39,719 nucleotides of DNA from an uncultured Verrucomicrobiae bacterium (lineage in GTDB: Bacteria > Verrucomicrobiota > Verrucomicrobiia > Limisphaerales > JAFGQR01). Under the pieces are notes generated by a model, which saw nothing but the letters and a program-made list of their open reading frames with translations, searched no databases and had not been told where the DNA came from. The stretch's first letter is position 1, and every line of letters begins with the position of its first letter. Where the stretch lies: the NCBI GenBank assembly GCA_963788655.1, contig CAWBHS010000103.1, positions 1 through 39,719 of the forward strand, given 5' to 3'. Positions 38,099 to 39,719 of the stretch are shown piece by piece. Both the position numbers and the translations under genes were made by a program.

Positions 38099-39340
38099 AT
38101 GACCGGCCGGCCCGCGTTGCTCCCTTCGATTTCTCCGACCGCACGCCGGCTGTTGACGGCGCGGTTCTGGCGGAGCATCGCGCAAGGCACACTGGTGGTG
38201 GATCTGGCGCTTTACCTCAACGCCCTGCACTGGTCGGGAACGGCCATTGGCGCCGTGTTGGGCGTGGCGGGAATCGCGGGCGCCGCCTTCGGCGTGGCGA
38301 TTGGACTGGTGAGTGATCGTTTCGGACGCAAGCCGTTTTTGCTGGCCTACGAAGCACTTTGTTGTCTCTGCGGCCTCGTGGCATTTGCCACCAGCCAGAC
38401 GGCGCTGCTCGCGGCGGCCATCATGCTGGCGGGTTTTGGCCGGGGCGCAAATGGCGCGGCGGGGCCGGTGTCTCCGGCGGAAGATGCCTGGCTGGCCGAA
38501 AATGTCGAACCGCTGGCGCGCGGCTTTGTATTCAGTCTGAAATCCGCCATCGGGTTTACGGGCATGGCGATCGGCGCGTTGGCGGCGATGTTGCCCGCCA
38601 TGTGGACCACCCTCGGCCCGGCGGGAAGTTACCGCCCGATCTTTCTCATCGTGATTCTGGGCAATGCCGTCAACATATACATACTCATGGGCACCCCCGA
38701 GCAGAAACACGCGCCGGCGCGGATCGTTGATCCTGCGCCACCCAAATCGCCGGAAGAGACTCGCGCACGCGAGAATCAATTTCTGCTCCGCCTGGTGGCC
38801 CTCAATGCCTTCAACGGATTGGCTGTGGGACTCACGACGCCATTGATGTCTTACTGGTTTGCGGAGCGCTTCCACATCGGTCCCCTGCTGATCGCGCCCG
38901 TCATGGCGGCGACCTTCCTCGCCGTCGCGGTGGCCGCATTGTTCAGCGGCGGGTTGACGCGGCGCGTCGGCCTGGTCAACGTCATGGTGTGGGGACGCGG
39001 GGGTGGATTGGCGCTGCTGGTGCTTTTTCCGCTGATGCCGGTCTATGCGCTGGCGGCGTTGCTGCACATAATGCGTTCCGCGTTAAATCTCGGAACTATT
39101 GGCGCGCGGCAGGCGTTGGTGGTCAGCGCCGTGCATGACCATCGACGCGGTTTGGCCTCCAGCCTCAACACCTTCTCGGGAAGAATTCCGCAGTCCCTCG
39201 GACCGGTTGTTGCCGGCAGTCTTATCGGCGCGGGACAGTTGGTGATGCCATTCTACCTGGCCGCGGTTTTTCAAGGAGCGTACTTGTTTCTCTTTGGACG
39301 ACTTTTTCGTCAGATCGAACACAGCATGCAACAGAAGTGA
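38099..39340 (+). CDS. Major facilitator superfamily transporter
   Basis: The start directly abuts the previous stop. About 12 TM helices; motif A GLVSDRFGRK and its second-half echo GGLTRRVG. Confidence 0.92.
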   Translation: MTGRPALLPSISPTARRLLTARFWRSIAQGTLVVDLALYLNALHWSGTAIGAVLGVAGIAGAAFGVAIGLVSDRFGRKPFLLAYEALCCLCGLVAFATSQTALLAAAIMLAGFGRGANGAAGPVSPAEDAWLAENVEPLARGFVFSLKSAIGFTGMAIGALAAMLPAMWTTLGPAGSYRPIFLIVILGNAVNIYILMGTPEQKHAPARIVDPAPPKSPEETRARENQFLLRLVALNAFNGLAVGLTTPLMSYWFAERFHIGPLLIAPVMAATFLAVAVAALFSGGLTRRVGLVNVMVWGRGGGLALLVLFPLMPVYALAALLHIMRSALNLGTIGARQALVVSAVHDHRRGLASSLNTFSGRIPQSLGPVVAGSLIGAGQLVMPFYLAAVFQGAYLFLFGRLFRQIEHSMQQK

Positions 39341-39472
39341 TGTGCGCTCCCATTACCTCGGTCTCCCGAAACGCCGGACTTGCAATCTTTACGTTTCGAT
39401 TATTGCGGAAATATCTCGGCGAAACTTGACCTTGAACATCACCCCATCGTCACCGCTAACCTCTGAACCGAC

Positions 39473-39719
39473 TTGACTATTAACGCTCAAACCGAACCTA
39501 CTCAACTCAGCCCTCCCGGCAAATATTCAAGCGACTCGATTGCGTGCCGTCATGGCGTCGTGGTGTCCGTCTCGCGACCCGCGTCGGAGGTGGGAGTCTC
39601 CATTCTCAGGCGCGGCGGCAACGCGGTGGATGCCGCGGTCGCCACCGCGTTCGCCCTGGCCGTCACCTATCCCGCCGCGGGCAACATCGGCGGCGGCGGA
39701 TTCAGCAAAGACCAACGGT
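39473..39719 (+). CDS. ggt: Gamma-glutamyltransferase N-terminus, running off the window end
   Basis: Not in the ORF track because it has no stop. The frame from TTG 39473 reads ...HGVVVSVSRPASEVGVSILRRGGNAVDAAVATAFALAVTYPAAGNIGGGGF, the GGT N-terminal signature. No signal peptide. Confidence 0.85.
   Translation, partial: MTINAQTEPTQLSPPGKYSSDSIACRHGVVVSVSRPASEVGVSILRRGGNAVDAAVATAFALAVTYPAAGNIGGGGFSKDQR

Noticed and set aside
34554..39340. Reading the operon as phosphonoalanine catabolism (pal-type) or the methylcitrate cycle
   Set aside because: There is no KRCGH motif and no prpC/prpD. The ABC uptake and LysR genes of pal operons are absent, and a coupled ATP-grasp enzyme fits biosynthesis better. 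Not fully excluded without an assay.
39527..39715. 62-aa minus-strand ORF
   Set aside because: It is antisense to the clear GGT signature on the plus strand.

Overview
A bacterial window that looks like a composite of two sources. Bases 1 to about 6650 are mostly very GC-rich and full of frameshifts. They carry a TPR+CHAT (caspase-like) protease gene that starts before base 1, two lower-GC co-oriented hypothetical genes (one with an HExxH zinc-protease motif) and a secreted Asp-box/BNR repeat gene. Near 6650 this last gene switches abruptly, in frame, into the tail of an Ig domain from a different kind of protein. From about 6650 on, the genes and REP-type repeats resemble Verrucomicrobia (my inference). 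In order they are: an Ig/cohesin/dockerin surface protein, a class I SAM methyltransferase, a YfhO-like membrane glycosyltransferase with a degenerate partial duplicate, a broken FkbM methyltransferase, a NarL-type regulator, RluA, a SurA/PpiD-like chaperone, an LTA-synthase-family protein, a Tat lactonase, a Fes-like esterase, a large BNR/VPS10 protein, a PL6 lyase with dockerin and cohesin, and an OmpR-type two-component system. The best candidate for a new system is 34554-39340: a compact operon of a PEP-mutase-like enzyme with a non-canonical active site, a PLP aminotransferase, an ATP-grasp ligase and an MFS exporter, followed by the start of a gamma-glutamyltransferase. This matches the gene logic of phosphonoalanine-peptide (phosphonoalamide) clusters, but the standard PepM motif filter would miss it. 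I saw no rRNA, tRNA, CRISPR array, transposase or reverse transcriptase. All calls come from reading motifs by eye; GC descriptions are visual estimates.
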